Shown piece after piece: positions 17,877 through 28,265 of a stretch of DNA of 64,000 nucleotides. Numbering within the stretch: the stretch's first letter is position 1; every line of letters starts with the position of its first letter. The translations under genes were made by a program, and so were the position numbers. The notes beneath the pieces were generated by a model, which searched no databases, was not told the DNA's origin, and saw only the letters and a list, made by a program, of their open reading frames with translations. Source of the stretch: Armatimonadota bacterium (GTDB taxonomy: Bacteria > Armatimonadota > SYMT01); the NCBI GenBank assembly GCA_041690135.1, contig JAWLHY010000004.1, positions 128,001 through 192,000 on the forward strand. The letters are read 5' to 3'.

Positions 17877-20800
17877 CTACTTTTTCTTGCCTTTGCCCTT
17901 TCCGCCGCCAGCCTCGCTGTCACTGGTGCCGCCGCCGGTGGTATCACCGCTGCTACTACCACCAGTGCTACCACTCGACGATCCCGAAATCGCTACGGTG
18001 GCGGTATCCGCCGCCGTCACCGTCTCGTCGCCGTAGCGAGCCGTCACCGTGGCCGTGTTGGTCACGTCCTGCGCCGTGGGGGTCAGGTTGATGGTGTCGA
18101 TCTTGGCCGGCGAGTTGTGGACATCCGGGGAGGTCACCGTGCCGAACCCACTCGTCCCGAAGGCCGCCGCACTCACTTCCACGCTGTAGATGCTCCGCAC
18201 TTCCCAGTTCGGATCCCCCACCGGAGAGTTGGTCGTATAGCCGTGGTAGGCCGGCGACTGGTTCAGGTTGTCGCTCGCGGACGTGCTCACTGCCAGCACG
18301 TGCGCTGCGCTCCCCTTGATCATGTAGCCGTCCCCACCACTCACTCCCAACGTGCCGTAGCGCGAGGGGAACTGGCTCGAAGCGCTGATGCAGTCCACGT
18401 AGAAGTCCAGCACCACCTGCCCGGCGGCGTTGGTGAACCGGAACTCCGCGTGATCGCTGTTCAGCAAGTCCTTGAAAGTATGACCCTTCCCGGACCCGCC
18501 TCGGTATCCAGGCGCCGATCCCGTGCCGTAGGTGTTGTCCACCACGGCCAGGCTCTGGATGAACGTCGCCTTCACGTTGCCGTTCGCCAGCTTCTCGGCA
18601 ATCAGCACCCCGGCGATCGTGCCATCGGAGGAAGCCATCACCAATGGCGGGACCACCGTCTTCGTCAGCGTCGTGCTGGCGCCAGGGGCCAGAGAAGCCA
18701 CCGTCCCCACCACAAAATCGTCCGCTCCGAACTCCGGCGTGGCGTTGTCGTCAGTCACCGTCACGTCCGTGAGGGTCACGTCGCCCGTATTGGTTACCTT
18801 GTAAGTGTAAGTCACCGGTTGGCCGGGTGTGGCCTGCGCGGTAGCCGCTGTCTTCTCCAGCGCGATCTCCGGCTCGCCGCCCACGATTCCGGCGTCCACC
18901 GACAGGTCAGTCTGACCGGGGGCGAGGGTGATAACCCCGGTGCGCCCGGTGGCCGCGTCCACGTCGCTGTCGGAGAGGTCGCTGCCCTGGTTGGCGGTGG
19001 TGAACTGCGCGCCACCTGCGGGGACAAACTCCACACTATAGCTGCCGGCCTGAAGACCTTCAAACAGGTAGAGGCCGTCCGCATCCGTGGTATCCACGGC
19101 CACGACACTGCCGCTGCCATTCAGCAGCCGCACGGTCACTCCGGAGACGCCCGTCTCGCCGCTGTCCTGCTGACCATTTCCGTTGGCGTCGAGCCATACC
19201 CGGTCGCCCAGGTTTGCCGGCAGGGGCTTGTAGCCGAAGTCCACGTCCAGCCGGATGGCGTTCACCCCCAGCGTCGTTAGCGCCGTGTGCGCCGTCCCCA
19301 CGCCGTCCAGGTCGTAGGTCTGCCCCAGCCCGGGCAGCAGCGTGCTCGGGTCCACCACTACCGTGTAGCTCCCCGCTTCCAGTTGCGTGAACAGGTACTG
19401 CCCATTCGCGCCGGTCACCTGGCTCGCCACCACGTTTCCGTCCGCGTCCCGCAACTGCACGGTGACGCCCGTGAGCCCGGCCTCGCCTGGGTCCTGCAGG
19501 CCGTCCCCGTCCTCGTCCAGCCACACCCGGTCGCCCAGGTTCGAGTTGAACAACCGCGGCGCATAGCCGAAGTCATAGGTCAACACGTCTTCCGCCGACA
19601 CGTTCCGGGTCAGCACATCCCCGCCCGTGGTGCTGCGCAACTCCGCCAGCGGACCGCCCGGCAGGAAGTTGTCCGGAGCTACCCGCACGGTGTAGTCGCC
19701 CGCCGTGGCCACCGGGTAGTAGTAGAGGCCGTCCACGTTCGTGTAGATGTAGTCCAACAACGTGCCATTGCTGTCATACACCCCCAACTTCACCCCGGCA
19801 ATACCCGCGTTCAGCTCGTCCTGGTCACCCTCGTGATCGCTGTCCAGCCACACGTAGTCGCCCAGGATCCCCGCCACCGGCCCCGGTGGGAACCGCAGCT
19901 TCGGATCTCCGTTCTCGTCCATTCCCACCGCGTCGTGGAAGAACCGGAAGGCGTTCAGGTTGTGCAGGTCCATCCCCTTCACCTTCACCTGGTAGTTGCC
20001 CGCCCGGAACCGCCCGTTGGCGTTCACATCCGTTGGTGCCACCGTCGTCACCCCGTCGGCCGACGCCACCGGGCTGTAGTCTGCCTGGCTCCGGTCCAGC
20101 GGGTCCGTGGTGATCAGGAACCGCTCCCACTCCTGGTTGCCGGACGTGTTCAGGTTCCGGAACTCCTTCACGCTCGGCTCCGGCTGCAGCACCTTCCCCT
20201 CCGCCGTGTCGACCAGTGCATGCGTGCGACACACACTGTATTCCACGCTCGGCTCTCGCCGCTGATACGCCACGCCGGTGTCGTCGTTGGGCGCGCCTTT
20301 CCCCTTCGCCCCTTCCGCCAACGTGTACTTGTTCGCCCACAGGGGCAGCACCGCCGACGTATCCGGGTCGTCTGTGTCGTTTGTTTGCGGGACCAGTGCC
20401 GTGTTATTGCCGTAGTCCAGGTCCCCGTCCCACACTTCCAGGAAGGCCGTGTCCTCCGGTACCGTCAGGTTGATATCCCAGGTGCCGTCATAGTTAGTGG
20501 GGGTGGTGGCGGGCCAAGCCGGGTAGATGGTGGTGATGTCGTTCATCGAATACATGGGCGACATCACCGAGATTGCCTGGGCGAGAATGCTGATGGTGGC
20601 GTTGCTGCGGATCTTGAAACAGCTCACCGAGTTCACGTCCGGAAGCGGGTTCTCGATGCGCAGCACGTAGTAGAAATGCCGGTTGTGCGGGTTGCGCGCC
20701 GCGGAGTTGGTGCGGATGACGCGGTTGCGGTCTTCCGGCGCGCTCGGCGGGCTCAACTCCGACTGGTCGGCCTGGAGGTTATACCAGGCGTTGTTGGGCA

Positions 20801-21266
20801 TGGGGCTCTTGTTCAGACCGCCGGCAATGGTGCCGTCGCCGCCGTTGCCCATCCACCGGCCGACCAGGTAACGCCCGGAAGCATCGCCGCGGGGGTCGGC
20901 GTAGAGGGAGTACCGCAGGGAAGTGTAGAAGGCGTCCCAGTGGCCGTGCTGGAAATTGCCGCTCATAACCGGCGCTTGGGGCGGACCGGAAGCGCCGGTG
21001 TCGCCGTCGAAGATGCCGATCTCGAAGTCGGTGGCGTCGGCCGGCACCTCGAAGGCGATGGTGATGGTGTTGGCGGAGAGGGTCGCGGGGGCGGGCCCGC
21101 CGGCCATCACGAGGGAGCGGCCGTCGAGGACGTTCCCGGTGGGAAAGTAGTTGTAGTCGCTCGACGCCTGGGCTCGCGCGCTACGCACGGCGACCGAGGC
21201 GGGGAGGAGCAGGGCCGCCAGCACCCCGGCCATGCCGAGGAAGGTCGACCTCTTCAGAAACCTCAT
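17877..21266 (-). CDS. Large secreted/surface protein with three SdrD-B (Cna-B-like) repeats and a DUF11/DUF7507-like Ig domain
   Basis: RBS GGAGG; signal peptide; LGD(Y/R)VWLD x3; TYTYKVTNTGDVTLTDVTVTDD; Ser/Gly tail ending GKGKGKKK. Confidence 0.85.
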   Translation of the reverse strand: MRFLKRSTFLGMAGVLAALLLPASVAVRSARAQASSDYNYFPTGNVLDGRSLVMAGGPAPATLSANTITIAFEVPADATDFEIGIFDGDTGASGPPQAPVMSGNFQHGHWDAFYTSLRYSLYADPRGDASGRYLVGRWMGNGGDGTIAGGLNKSPMPNNAWYNLQADQSELSPPSAPEDRNRVIRTNSAARNPHNRHFYYVLRIENPLPDVNSVSCFKIRSNATISILAQAISVMSPMYSMNDITTIYPAWPATTPTNYDGTWDINLTVPEDTAFLEVWDGDLDYGNNTALVPQTNDTDDPDTSAVLPLWANKYTLAEGAKGKGAPNDDTGVAYQRREPSVEYSVCRTHALVDTAEGKVLQPEPSVKEFRNLNTSGNQEWERFLITTDPLDRSQADYSPVASADGVTTVAPTDVNANGRFRAGNYQVKVKGMDLHNLNAFRFFHDAVGMDENGDPKLRFPPGPVAGILGDYVWLDSDHEGDQDELNAGIAGVKLGVYDSNGTLLDYIYTNVDGLYYYPVATAGDYTVRVAPDNFLPGGPLAELRSTTGGDVLTRNVSAEDVLTYDFGYAPRLFNSNLGDRVWLDEDGDGLQDPGEAGLTGVTVQLRDADGNVVASQVTGANGQYLFTQLEAGSYTVVVDPSTLLPGLGQTYDLDGVGTAHTALTTLGVNAIRLDVDFGYKPLPANLGDRVWLDANGNGQQDSGETGVSGVTVRLLNGSGSVVAVDTTDADGLYLFEGLQAGSYSVEFVPAGGAQFTTANQGSDLSDSDVDAATGRTGVITLAPGQTDLSVDAGIVGGEPEIALEKTAATAQATPGQPVTYTYKVTNTGDVTLTDVTVTDDNATPEFGADDFVVGTVASLAPGASTTLTKTVVPPLVMASSDGTIAGVLIAEKLANGNVKATFIQSLAVVDNTYGTGSAPGYRGGSGKGHTFKDLLNSDHAEFRFTNAAGQVVLDFYVDCISASSQFPSRYGTLGVSGGDGYMIKGSAAHVLAVSTSASDNLNQSPAYHGYTTNSPVGDPNWEVRSIYSVEVSAAAFGTSGFGTVTSPDVHNSPAKIDTINLTPTAQDVTNTATVTARYGDETVTAADTATVAISGSSSGSTGGSSSGDTTGGGTSDSEAGGGKGKGKKK

Positions 21267-21987
21267 TACGAACCTCCAATTATCTGGAAGCGGATGATTC
21301 CCGGATCGCTGCCGGGTTGCACGTCGGTTGGCTGGGTCTTGACCAAACAATACTGCTAGTGGACGACAGTCCCTACACCCTAAGTGCCACAGTCGATCCA
21401 CCTTCTGAAGGGATGGTTGTCCCTATGGGCAGCCATATTGGGGGACTTTCATCCACCAGGAGAAAGGTTTGCGGTAGGTCGCGGGGGCTAGAGGCGAGTA
21501 GCTCTACTACTGACGGTGACCATACCATTCCTTTGGTGGACAAGCATTCAACCGTTCGGTTTATAAGAAGGCAAATGGTACTGAGAAGGGGGGGCCGGAG
21601 GTCCGTTGACCTCGCGAGTACCGCACGGTCGAGATTCACGTGAGAGTGCCTCGTAACGTGAACGAGGCTCATGGGTCCCTGGGCGCGGGGTGGGAGTCCC
21701 GGCGGTAGTCCGGTACTTCGTGCGACCACCGATTCCGAACCCCGGGCTGCCGTCCGGCCTCCCCTCCCGCGCCAAATGAGGGCGATTGGGTCAAACTGTC
21801 GCTCACGGGAGAGAGGGAGCACCGACCCGGACCCCGGACTGCCGTCTCGCGCCGGATGGGGATTGGGATCCGGGCTTATGGCGCGCGTTAGGGTTGAAGG
21901 ATGAGAACCCGCAGCTCCGCGAGGAGGGTAGGGCGAAGCAATTCGCAGTAACCCTTGATCACCGTCGGCATGGTTGGCGGATCCCGC

Positions 21988-22821
21988 TCACCCCCTGGGT
22001 TCTGGAGGCGCCGTGGCTGCATAGTAGCGCCGCATTTCGGCGGCCACCCCGTCCAGGTCCGGGAAGAGGCGGCGCTCGCTGATACCGCAAAGGTCCAACT
22101 GGTCGCGGACCCGCTGCACCGCCCGCGCGGGGATTACACAGCGGGTGAGGGAGTCGCCCAGGCCGGCGGCAGCCAGGACCTGCTGGAGCGAGCGGGTCCG
22201 GTCCGTGCTGAAGGTAAAGGCGGCCGACTGTGCCATGATCCGCTGGTCGATGGCGGGAGGCTCCAGCAGAGCCACGAAGGTCTCCACCTCGCACGTTCCC
22301 GGGTCGATCAGGTTCCAGAGGGAGGCGATGCCCCGCTCGCGCAGCACGGTTTGCAGATCGGAGCTCAACAACGCCAGCGGGGGGAGCCCGTAGTGGTCGT
22401 GCAGGCGTCCCCAATCCAGCCGCCAGACGACCCGATCCCCACTGCGGTCCTCGTTCTTGGTCGCAAAATGGGCCGCCACCAGGGGAGAGTGGGTCCAGTC
22501 GAGCAGCCGGGTGGGGAGTCCATGATGCTGGGCAATGACCAGCAACTCCAGATCGCGCTCCGGCAGCGCAGCCAGGTGAGGGCGCGAATACCGGATGAAG
22601 TTTCGCAGGAGGTGCGCCTCCAGATGGGACTTGGAATGGGGTGGTAGCTCGGGCGTACCGAGACGGTCGAGACTGGTCAACAAGGAGCAGTCGGCCACCG
22701 GTACGCCCCGGTAGACGGCACGCTCCCGCAGCCTCCCGCTTTGGGGATCCGGGCGATCGGGCGTAACCGCTTCCACCAGATCGCCCAGAGTGCGGATCCG
22801 GATCTCCTGAATACCTCCCAA
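21988..22821 (-). CDS. FRG domain protein
   Basis: VYRG, AQHHGLPTRLLDWTHSPLVAAHFA, RIMAQSAAF and LFPDLDG; start (TTG) uncertain. Confidence 0.85.
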   Translation of the reverse strand: MGGIQEIRIRTLGDLVEAVTPDRPDPQSGRLRERAVYRGVPVADCSLLTSLDRLGTPELPPHSKSHLEAHLLRNFIRYSRPHLAALPERDLELLVIAQHHGLPTRLLDWTHSPLVAAHFATKNEDRSGDRVVWRLDWGRLHDHYGLPPLALLSSDLQTVLRERGIASLWNLIDPGTCEVETFVALLEPPAIDQRIMAQSAAFTFSTDRTRSLQQVLAAAGLGDSLTRCVIPARAVQRVRDQLDLCGISERRLFPDLDGVAAEMRRYYAATAPPEPRG

Positions 22822-23083
22822 GAACCTGCCCTCCCGTGACCTGCCCGCACGATATTCGTACTCGCAATCCAATTCTCCCAAACCTCCGCGGGCTTCTGCG
22901 TGGACAGTCATTCCGTGCCTATCCGTCTCGTCCGGACCCTCCGTGTCGAAAGCTCTTACCGCCGTAGATGACACGCACCTTGACACGGAGACGTTTGCCT
23001 CCACGCGACTGCGGGTAGGGTAGAGCCGTCGGTAGGCGGGCGGAGAAGCGCTGTGGCCCGTCGTGGAGGCACGGCTGGGAAGT

Positions 23084-24394
23084 ATGGCATTTCGGCGCTC
23101 GGAACTTGACCGCATCACCGACCCGGACACCTTCCTCTGGGCCACCGGGATCGAAGACACGTTCATCACAGACCCATGGCCCGCTACCGGGCGCATCCTC
23201 GATGAGTACGAGCTGACCGGGCACTATCAGCGCCGGGATGAAGACCTGGACCTGATGGCCGAACTGGGAGTCCGGATGGCTCGCTATGGGATTCCCTGGC
23301 ACCGGGTGAATCCCGAGCCGGACCAGTGGGATTGGTCCTGGTCGGACCAGGCGTTGGAGGGTCTCCTCGATCGCGGGGTGAATCCCATCGTCGATCTCGT
23401 CCACTACGGCCTTCCCGGCTGGCTGGAAGGAGCCTTCCTGAACCCCGACTTCCCCGAGCGGATGGCGGAGTATTCCGGGCGCCTGGCCCAGCGGTTTCGC
23501 GGCCGCATCCGGTGGTACACCCCCCTCAACGAACCTCGCATCACCGCCTGGTACTGCGGCAAGCTGGGTTGGTGGCCGCCCTATCGTCGGGGCTGGAAGG
23601 GGTTCGTCGCGGTGATGCTCGGCCTGGCGCGGGGCATCGTCCGGACATGCGAGGCGGTCCGGAGCGTGGATCCGGAAGTGGTCTTCGTCCACGTGGACGC
23701 GACCGACATTTACCTCTCGCCGGACCCCAACCTGCAGGAGGAGGTCCACCGGCGACAGCAGATCGGCTTCCTGGCGCTGGACCTGGTAAGCGGGAGGATC
23801 ACCGAAGACCACCCGCTTTGCGGCTGGCTGCTGCGGCACGGCGCGCGGGAAGACGACCTGGCGTGGTTCCGCGACCACGCGGTCCGGCTCGACGTGGTGG
23901 GTCTGAACATGTACCCCATGTTTTCCCAGAAGCGCCTCGTCCGTTCGCCGCGCGGTCTACGTATCCAGATGCCTTACGGCTCGGATGAAATGGTGGAACG
24001 GCTGGTGGAGTGCTATTGGGAACACTACCGGCTGCCCATGATGATCACGGAAACGGCGGCGCGAGGGCCTGTCCATCGCAGGCGCGCGTGGCTGGACCAA
24101 TCGGTGGGAGCGATCCGCCGCCTGCGGGCACGGGGCGTTCCCCTGGTAGGCTACACCTGGTGGCCTATGTATGCGCTGGTGGCCTGGGCCTACCGCCAGA
24201 GCCACCGGCCCGCGAGCGAGTACCTGGAGCAAATGGGGCTCTGGGATCTGGACCCGCACCCCGAAGCTAACCTCCGGCGCGTGAAAACGCCGCTGGTGGA
24301 TGCCTATCGGGCGCTGGTGGACGGCGGCTGCGAAGCCGTAGGGAAACTGGCGGCGCGGGGACCAACCCAGGGCGGAGGACAGACGAGTGTTTAG
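23084..24394 (+). CDS. Glycoside hydrolase family 1-like beta-glycosidase
   Basis: LTGHYQR, RYGIPWHRV, DLVHYG, acid/base PLNEP and nucleophile ITET. Confidence 0.85.
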   Translation: MAFRRSELDRITDPDTFLWATGIEDTFITDPWPATGRILDEYELTGHYQRRDEDLDLMAELGVRMARYGIPWHRVNPEPDQWDWSWSDQALEGLLDRGVNPIVDLVHYGLPGWLEGAFLNPDFPERMAEYSGRLAQRFRGRIRWYTPLNEPRITAWYCGKLGWWPPYRRGWKGFVAVMLGLARGIVRTCEAVRSVDPEVVFVHVDATDIYLSPDPNLQEEVHRRQQIGFLALDLVSGRITEDHPLCGWLLRHGAREDDLAWFRDHAVRLDVVGLNMYPMFSQKRLVRSPRGLRIQMPYGSDEMVERLVECYWEHYRLPMMITETAARGPVHRRRAWLDQSVGAIRRLRARGVPLVGYTWWPMYALVAWAYRQSHRPASEYLEQMGLWDLDPHPEANLRRVKTPLVDAYRALVDGGCEAVGKLAARGPTQGGGQTSV

Positions 24395-25586
24395 GAGCTT
24401 CTTCCTGGCTGGCTTCGAATGCGCGACCGGTTACAACAAGCACAACGAATGGATCGATCAGGTGGCGGCCACGCACCACGACCGCTTCGTTAACGAAGAT
24501 TATGCGCTGCTGCGCGAAGTGGGCCTCCACGGCGCGCGGGAAAGCGTCCGCTGGCCGCTGGTCGATCGAGGTGGCGGCAAGTACGACTTCTCTACGATCG
24601 CGCCCTTCATCCGGGCCAGCCGGGAAAACGAGGTCGAGGTGATCTGGGACCTCTTCCATTACGGATATCCGGACGGTCTCGACCTCTTCTCCGCCGAGTT
24701 CCCCCGGCGGTTTGCCGACTACTGCCATGCCGTGGCCAAGTACATCTCGGCCCGTACCGACGGCACCTGTTACTTCACCCCCGTCAACGAGCCGAGTTTC
24801 TACTCCTGGGCTGGCGGGCAGGTCGGGCAGTTTGCACCGCATGTGAAGGGGCGTGGGGGCGAACTGAAGCGCCGGCTCATGGCTGCGGCCATCCAGGGAA
24901 TTGAGGCGATCTGGGCCGCCTGTCCGGGAGCGCGGATCGTCAATGTCGATCCGATCTGCCGCGTTGTGCCCGCACTCGACGAGCCGCACCGTCGAGACGA
25001 AGCAAATCACTTCAACAACTGCGACGTCTTCGAGTGCTGGGACATGCTGGCCGGAAAGCTCCACCCCGAGATGGGGGGGAGCCCTCGGCACCTCGACATC
25101 ATCGGCATCAACTATTACTGGACCAATCAGTGGGAAGTTGGCCATCCCCACCGCCTGCTCGACCCTTCCGACCCGCGGTGGTGGCCGCTCCGTAACCTGG
25201 TGCGGCTGGTGTGGGAGCGTTACGAGCAGGACGTGCTGATTACCGAGACCAGCCACCGCGACGAAATGCGCCCAGCGTGGGTGCGGGAAGTCGCCGCGGA
25301 TTGCGAGGCACTCCTCGACGAAGACGTGCCCTTACGCGGCGCCTGTCTCTACCCCATCCTGGGCATGCCCGAGTGGCACGCACCGGACGAGTGGACGCGC
25401 ATGGGGCTGTGGGACCTCTTCCCGCACGAGCAGGGACTGAAGCGGGTGGTCCACCAGGAGATGCTCGCAGCCCTCCGCGAGGCTCACCGCCTGGACCGCC
25501 GGCTCGAACGGGCCGAGAAGCGCATGCTGGAGCAGCGGCACCCGGAAGAACTGACTACTTCCGGCCGGCACTCTTCCAGGAACTGA
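24387..25586 (+). CDS. Second GH1-like beta-glycosidase
   Basis: FRSFFLAGFEC, WDLFHYGYP, TPVNEP, GINYY and ITETS; overlaps the upstream GH gene. Confidence 0.8.
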   Translation: MFRSFFLAGFECATGYNKHNEWIDQVAATHHDRFVNEDYALLREVGLHGARESVRWPLVDRGGGKYDFSTIAPFIRASRENEVEVIWDLFHYGYPDGLDLFSAEFPRRFADYCHAVAKYISARTDGTCYFTPVNEPSFYSWAGGQVGQFAPHVKGRGGELKRRLMAAAIQGIEAIWAACPGARIVNVDPICRVVPALDEPHRRDEANHFNNCDVFECWDMLAGKLHPEMGGSPRHLDIIGINYYWTNQWEVGHPHRLLDPSDPRWWPLRNLVRLVWERYEQDVLITETSHRDEMRPAWVREVAADCEALLDEDVPLRGACLYPILGMPEWHAPDEWTRMGLWDLFPHEQGLKRVVHQEMLAALREAHRLDRRLERAEKRMLEQRHPEELTTSGRHSSRN

Positions 25587-25806
25587 ACCAGCTCCCCAGC
25601 ATCCCGCCGACCACCGTGGCCGGAATGGCGAACACGATAGAGCGGGTGCCCAACATGCCGGAGCCGGGGTTATTGAGCGCGTCGTAGATCAACGTGCCGA
25701 AGAAAACGGCGGCGCCCAATACCCCGGCGCCGATCCCCATCTCCAGCGCGCCGCTCTGCGGCGCCCGCACGGGGCCCGAGTTCCTGTGGAAACGCTTGTT
25801 GCTCAT
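25555..25806 (-). CDS. Small two-helix membrane protein
   Basis: RBS GAGGT; two hydrophobic segments flanked by basic ends. Confidence 0.6.
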   Translation of the reverse strand: MSNKRFHRNSGPVRAPQSGALEMGIGAGVLGAAVFFGTLIYDALNNPGSGMLGTRSIVFAIPATVVGGMLGSWFSSWKSAGRK

Positions 25807-25971
25807 CGTTTTTACCTCTGATTGCGATTCTACCAGTTCTCACCATCTTCCGCCGGAATCGTCGCGCCCGGGTTTGCTCGGGTATCCGGCATGGGCAAGA
25901 GGGGCTGTGATAGCGGGGACCGTAAGCCGTGAACGGCATGGGGTCCCCGCAGTGATCTGGAGGAGGCGATT

Positions 25972-26322
25972 GTGGCGGAGAGGCAGCGCAACCACGAGCA
26001 GGAACGCGAAGATTGGAACCCGTCCGGGGTCACCGGCGGGACCCTCGCGGGGGAGGACGTCGAGGGGGGCTCCGTTTTGAAAGGCGGGCCTTCCGGTGAC
26101 GAGGATCGACCGAGGTGGTCTCATGCACCGGACTCTACGGGGCGCTCGGTAACGCTGGCGCCGGAGTATGCCGGCACCGTGGCGGGGAATACCACTGGAG
26201 CCGGCGGCACCGTGCTAGGCGGCCTGGAAGATGAAGCGGAGCACGACGAAGACACCACGGAACGAGCCCGCGGTCTCGAGGGAGTGACGGTTCAGGAGAT
26301 CGGAGGGGAGGCCCGTCGATGA
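25972..26322 (+). CDS. Small acidic Gly/Glu/Thr-rich hypothetical protein (probably disordered)
   Basis: Strong RBS GGAGGAGG before GTG; low-complexity hydrophilic composition. Confidence 0.6.
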   Translation: MAERQRNHEQEREDWNPSGVTGGTLAGEDVEGGSVLKGGPSGDEDRPRWSHAPDSTGRSVTLAPEYAGTVAGNTTGAGGTVLGGLEDEAEHDEDTTERARGLEGVTVQEIGGEARR

Positions 26323-26546
26323 GCACGGAACACACGCGAGTTCATCCTGATCTGGAAGAAGAAGAACAGGCGCCAGAACAGCCGACCACCAGTCGCGGCA
26401 TTCCCGCACCCCGAAGACCGGGAGATAGCGACACGGGCGATACCTTCACCGCCACCTCGGAACGCGGAACCACGGCCGGACCAGGGTTTGGCAGCGTCGT
26501 CACGGTTCCCGGCGAAGGCGGCGTCCCCTCTCGCGATGAGGAGTAA
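26319..26546 (+). CDS. Small acidic hydrophilic hypothetical protein
   Basis: ATGA overlap with the upstream ORF; RBS GGAGG. Confidence 0.55.
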   Translation: MSTEHTRVHPDLEEEEQAPEQPTTSRGIPAPRRPGDSDTGDTFTATSERGTTAGPGFGSVVTVPGEGGVPSRDEE

Positions 26547-26623
26547 AAGGGGGCAAATGCGTTAACATACGGCAACTTGACCTCAAAGACGGCAGCCAAC
26601 ACCCCAAGAACCGCCCTCGTCCT

Positions 26624-26662
26624 GGGTACCTAGCCTCTCTGTGTCGGAGAGGCTAGGTACCC
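26624..26662. terminator. Perfect 16-bp inverted repeat between convergent genes
   Basis: GGGTACCTAGCCTCTC-tgtgtcg-GAGAGGCTAGGTACCC; no clear U-tract. Confidence 0.5.
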
Positions 26663-26779
26663 TCTGGGTGGCGGGGGTGAGATCACCTCGGTCACCGCAG
26701 CAGCTAAAGTTACCGAACATGCCCTCACTACGCCCGTGCGGCCAGTGATCTTCGCACATTCGTTAGCAGAGAGTTTCTC

Positions 26780-27583
26780 TCAGCCCTCCGATTTTTTCCC
26801 CGATCGGGAACCTCCGCTCTTACTCCGCGTGCTCTTGCTCTCCGATTCGGTGGGAGCCTGGCCGGAAGTCTCCGTTTCAGTTCGCCGGCTGGAGGTCTCT
26901 CCGCCTTTGCTGCCGGCCATCGCCATCCCGCTCTCTTCTTCCTCGCCCTCGGTCATCTCCATCTCGCGCCGGGTACGCCGCCGGCCGGTCGCTGTTTCCG
27001 AAGGGAGTTCATCCGCCGAGTAGACCGGAATGCGCCGCGCTCCCTGCTGGCTCTGTTCCGTCTTCGGTATATGGACGGTGAGCACGCCGTTGCGAAAGTC
27101 GCAAGAGATCTCTTCTTCATTGGTGTTCTCGGGCAGGGGAACAACCCGCTGGAAGAAGCCGTAGCGTCGCTCGCGCCGCTGGTACTGGCGCTGCTGCTGC
27201 CCGTTACCGCCTTCCGGCTGCTCTTCCTGATTCATCTCCGCCGTCAGGATCAGGTGGTGGTCTTGAACCTGGACGTTGATGTCGTCCTTGTTGACGCCGG
27301 GGAGATCCGCCTCGATACACCACTCCCGGTCCGTCTGGCTCACGTCGATGTTGGGAGCCCACTGCATTCCACCGCCACTCTGGCCGGCCGGCGACCCCTG
27401 GCGCTCTCCGCCGCCCCAAACCTGGTCGAAGAGACGGTCCATGTCTTCCTGCATCCGCCGCATCATCTGCCAGGGGGACGAACTGAACAAGCTCGATGGC
27501 TGCGCCCAGGACCCTTCACTCCAGGGCGACAGGTCCCAATCCTGGCTCCGGCGCGCCGGAAGCCAATCTCCGTTGCGTCGCAT
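26780..27583 (-). CDS. Hsp20/alpha-crystallin small heat-shock protein with a long disordered C-tail
   Basis: WAPNIDV, ADLPGV, ERRYGFFQRVVPLP and FRNGVLTVHIPK; RBS AAGGAG. Confidence 0.92.
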   Translation of the reverse strand: MRRNGDWLPARRSQDWDLSPWSEGSWAQPSSLFSSSPWQMMRRMQEDMDRLFDQVWGGGERQGSPAGQSGGGMQWAPNIDVSQTDREWCIEADLPGVNKDDINVQVQDHHLILTAEMNQEEQPEGGNGQQQRQYQRRERRYGFFQRVVPLPENTNEEEISCDFRNGVLTVHIPKTEQSQQGARRIPVYSADELPSETATGRRRTRREMEMTEGEEEESGMAMAGSKGGETSSRRTETETSGQAPTESESKSTRSKSGGSRSGKKSEG

Positions 27584-27811
27584 GGGTTTTACTCCTTTCA
27601 AATCTCCGCCGCGATGTGGGCGGGAAGGTTGCTATGAGGTCTACGGGAAGGAGGGCAACTCGCGCCGCGGCGTTGGCGAGATGCCCCTCGCCCCCCTTAT
27701 TCCCAGGGCTCCGGACGGAAAACCCCGGAGTACGGCGGGTTTCGGACCCGGGTCGCCGGGAACAATCGGAAGAACATGAGACCGGATGTAGGTTGGAAGG
27801 AAAGGGACTCC

Positions 27812-28186
27812 ATGGGGAAAAAGCATCATACCGGCGATGTATCGCCCGCTGGCGAAGGCGGAGCAGGCACTATCCCAGGAGATGTGATTGGGGCAGGAGG
27901 CGTCACGGGAGGTCCGGGGGCTCACCACGCCACCGGGGCGGCCCCGCCGCGCACCGAATCGCTGGGTAGCCACGGCAGCCGCAGCGCGGGAGACACTCCC
28001 GATCCCGGGCGGGCGGGGGGTGGGGTTCCCGTGCAGCAAGGCGAAGGAGCGCTCGGCGACACCCTCCGGGAACACACGGTCGTTCCGGAAGCACCATGGG
28101 GTCTCACTTCCGGCGCGCCCTCGGGAGGTACGGCCGGCGGAACTCCCGCGCAGCAATTGGCCGAGGAAGAGGAAGAGCTGGAGTAG
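27812..28186 (+). CDS. Gly-rich hydrophilic hypothetical protein
   Basis: Divergent from hsp20; Gly/Thr/Pro-rich with an acidic EEEEELE end. Confidence 0.55.
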   Translation: MGKKHHTGDVSPAGEGGAGTIPGDVIGAGGVTGGPGAHHATGAAPPRTESLGSHGSRSAGDTPDPGRAGGGVPVQQGEGALGDTLREHTVVPEAPWGLTSGAPSGGTAGGTPAQQLAEEEEELE

Positions 28187-28207
28187 GGTCTCCGACCTCA
28201 GGTCGTT

Positions 28208-28236
28208 TTGACCCTCCGGGGTTCCCGTGGTAGGAT
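28208..28236 (+). promoter_or_regulatory. Sigma70-type promoter for the Fur-family gene
   Basis: TTGACC-N17-TAGGAT. Confidence 0.5.
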
Positions 28237-28265
28237 GTTTTCAACATCCAAGCGAGGGAACGCTC

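Noticed and set aside
21270-21660. Possible c-di-GMP riboswitch upstream of the surface-protein gene
   Set aside because: Fragments such as GTGCAACC and GGCAAA are present, but the conserved order and stems of the class I or II aptamers cannot be assembled.
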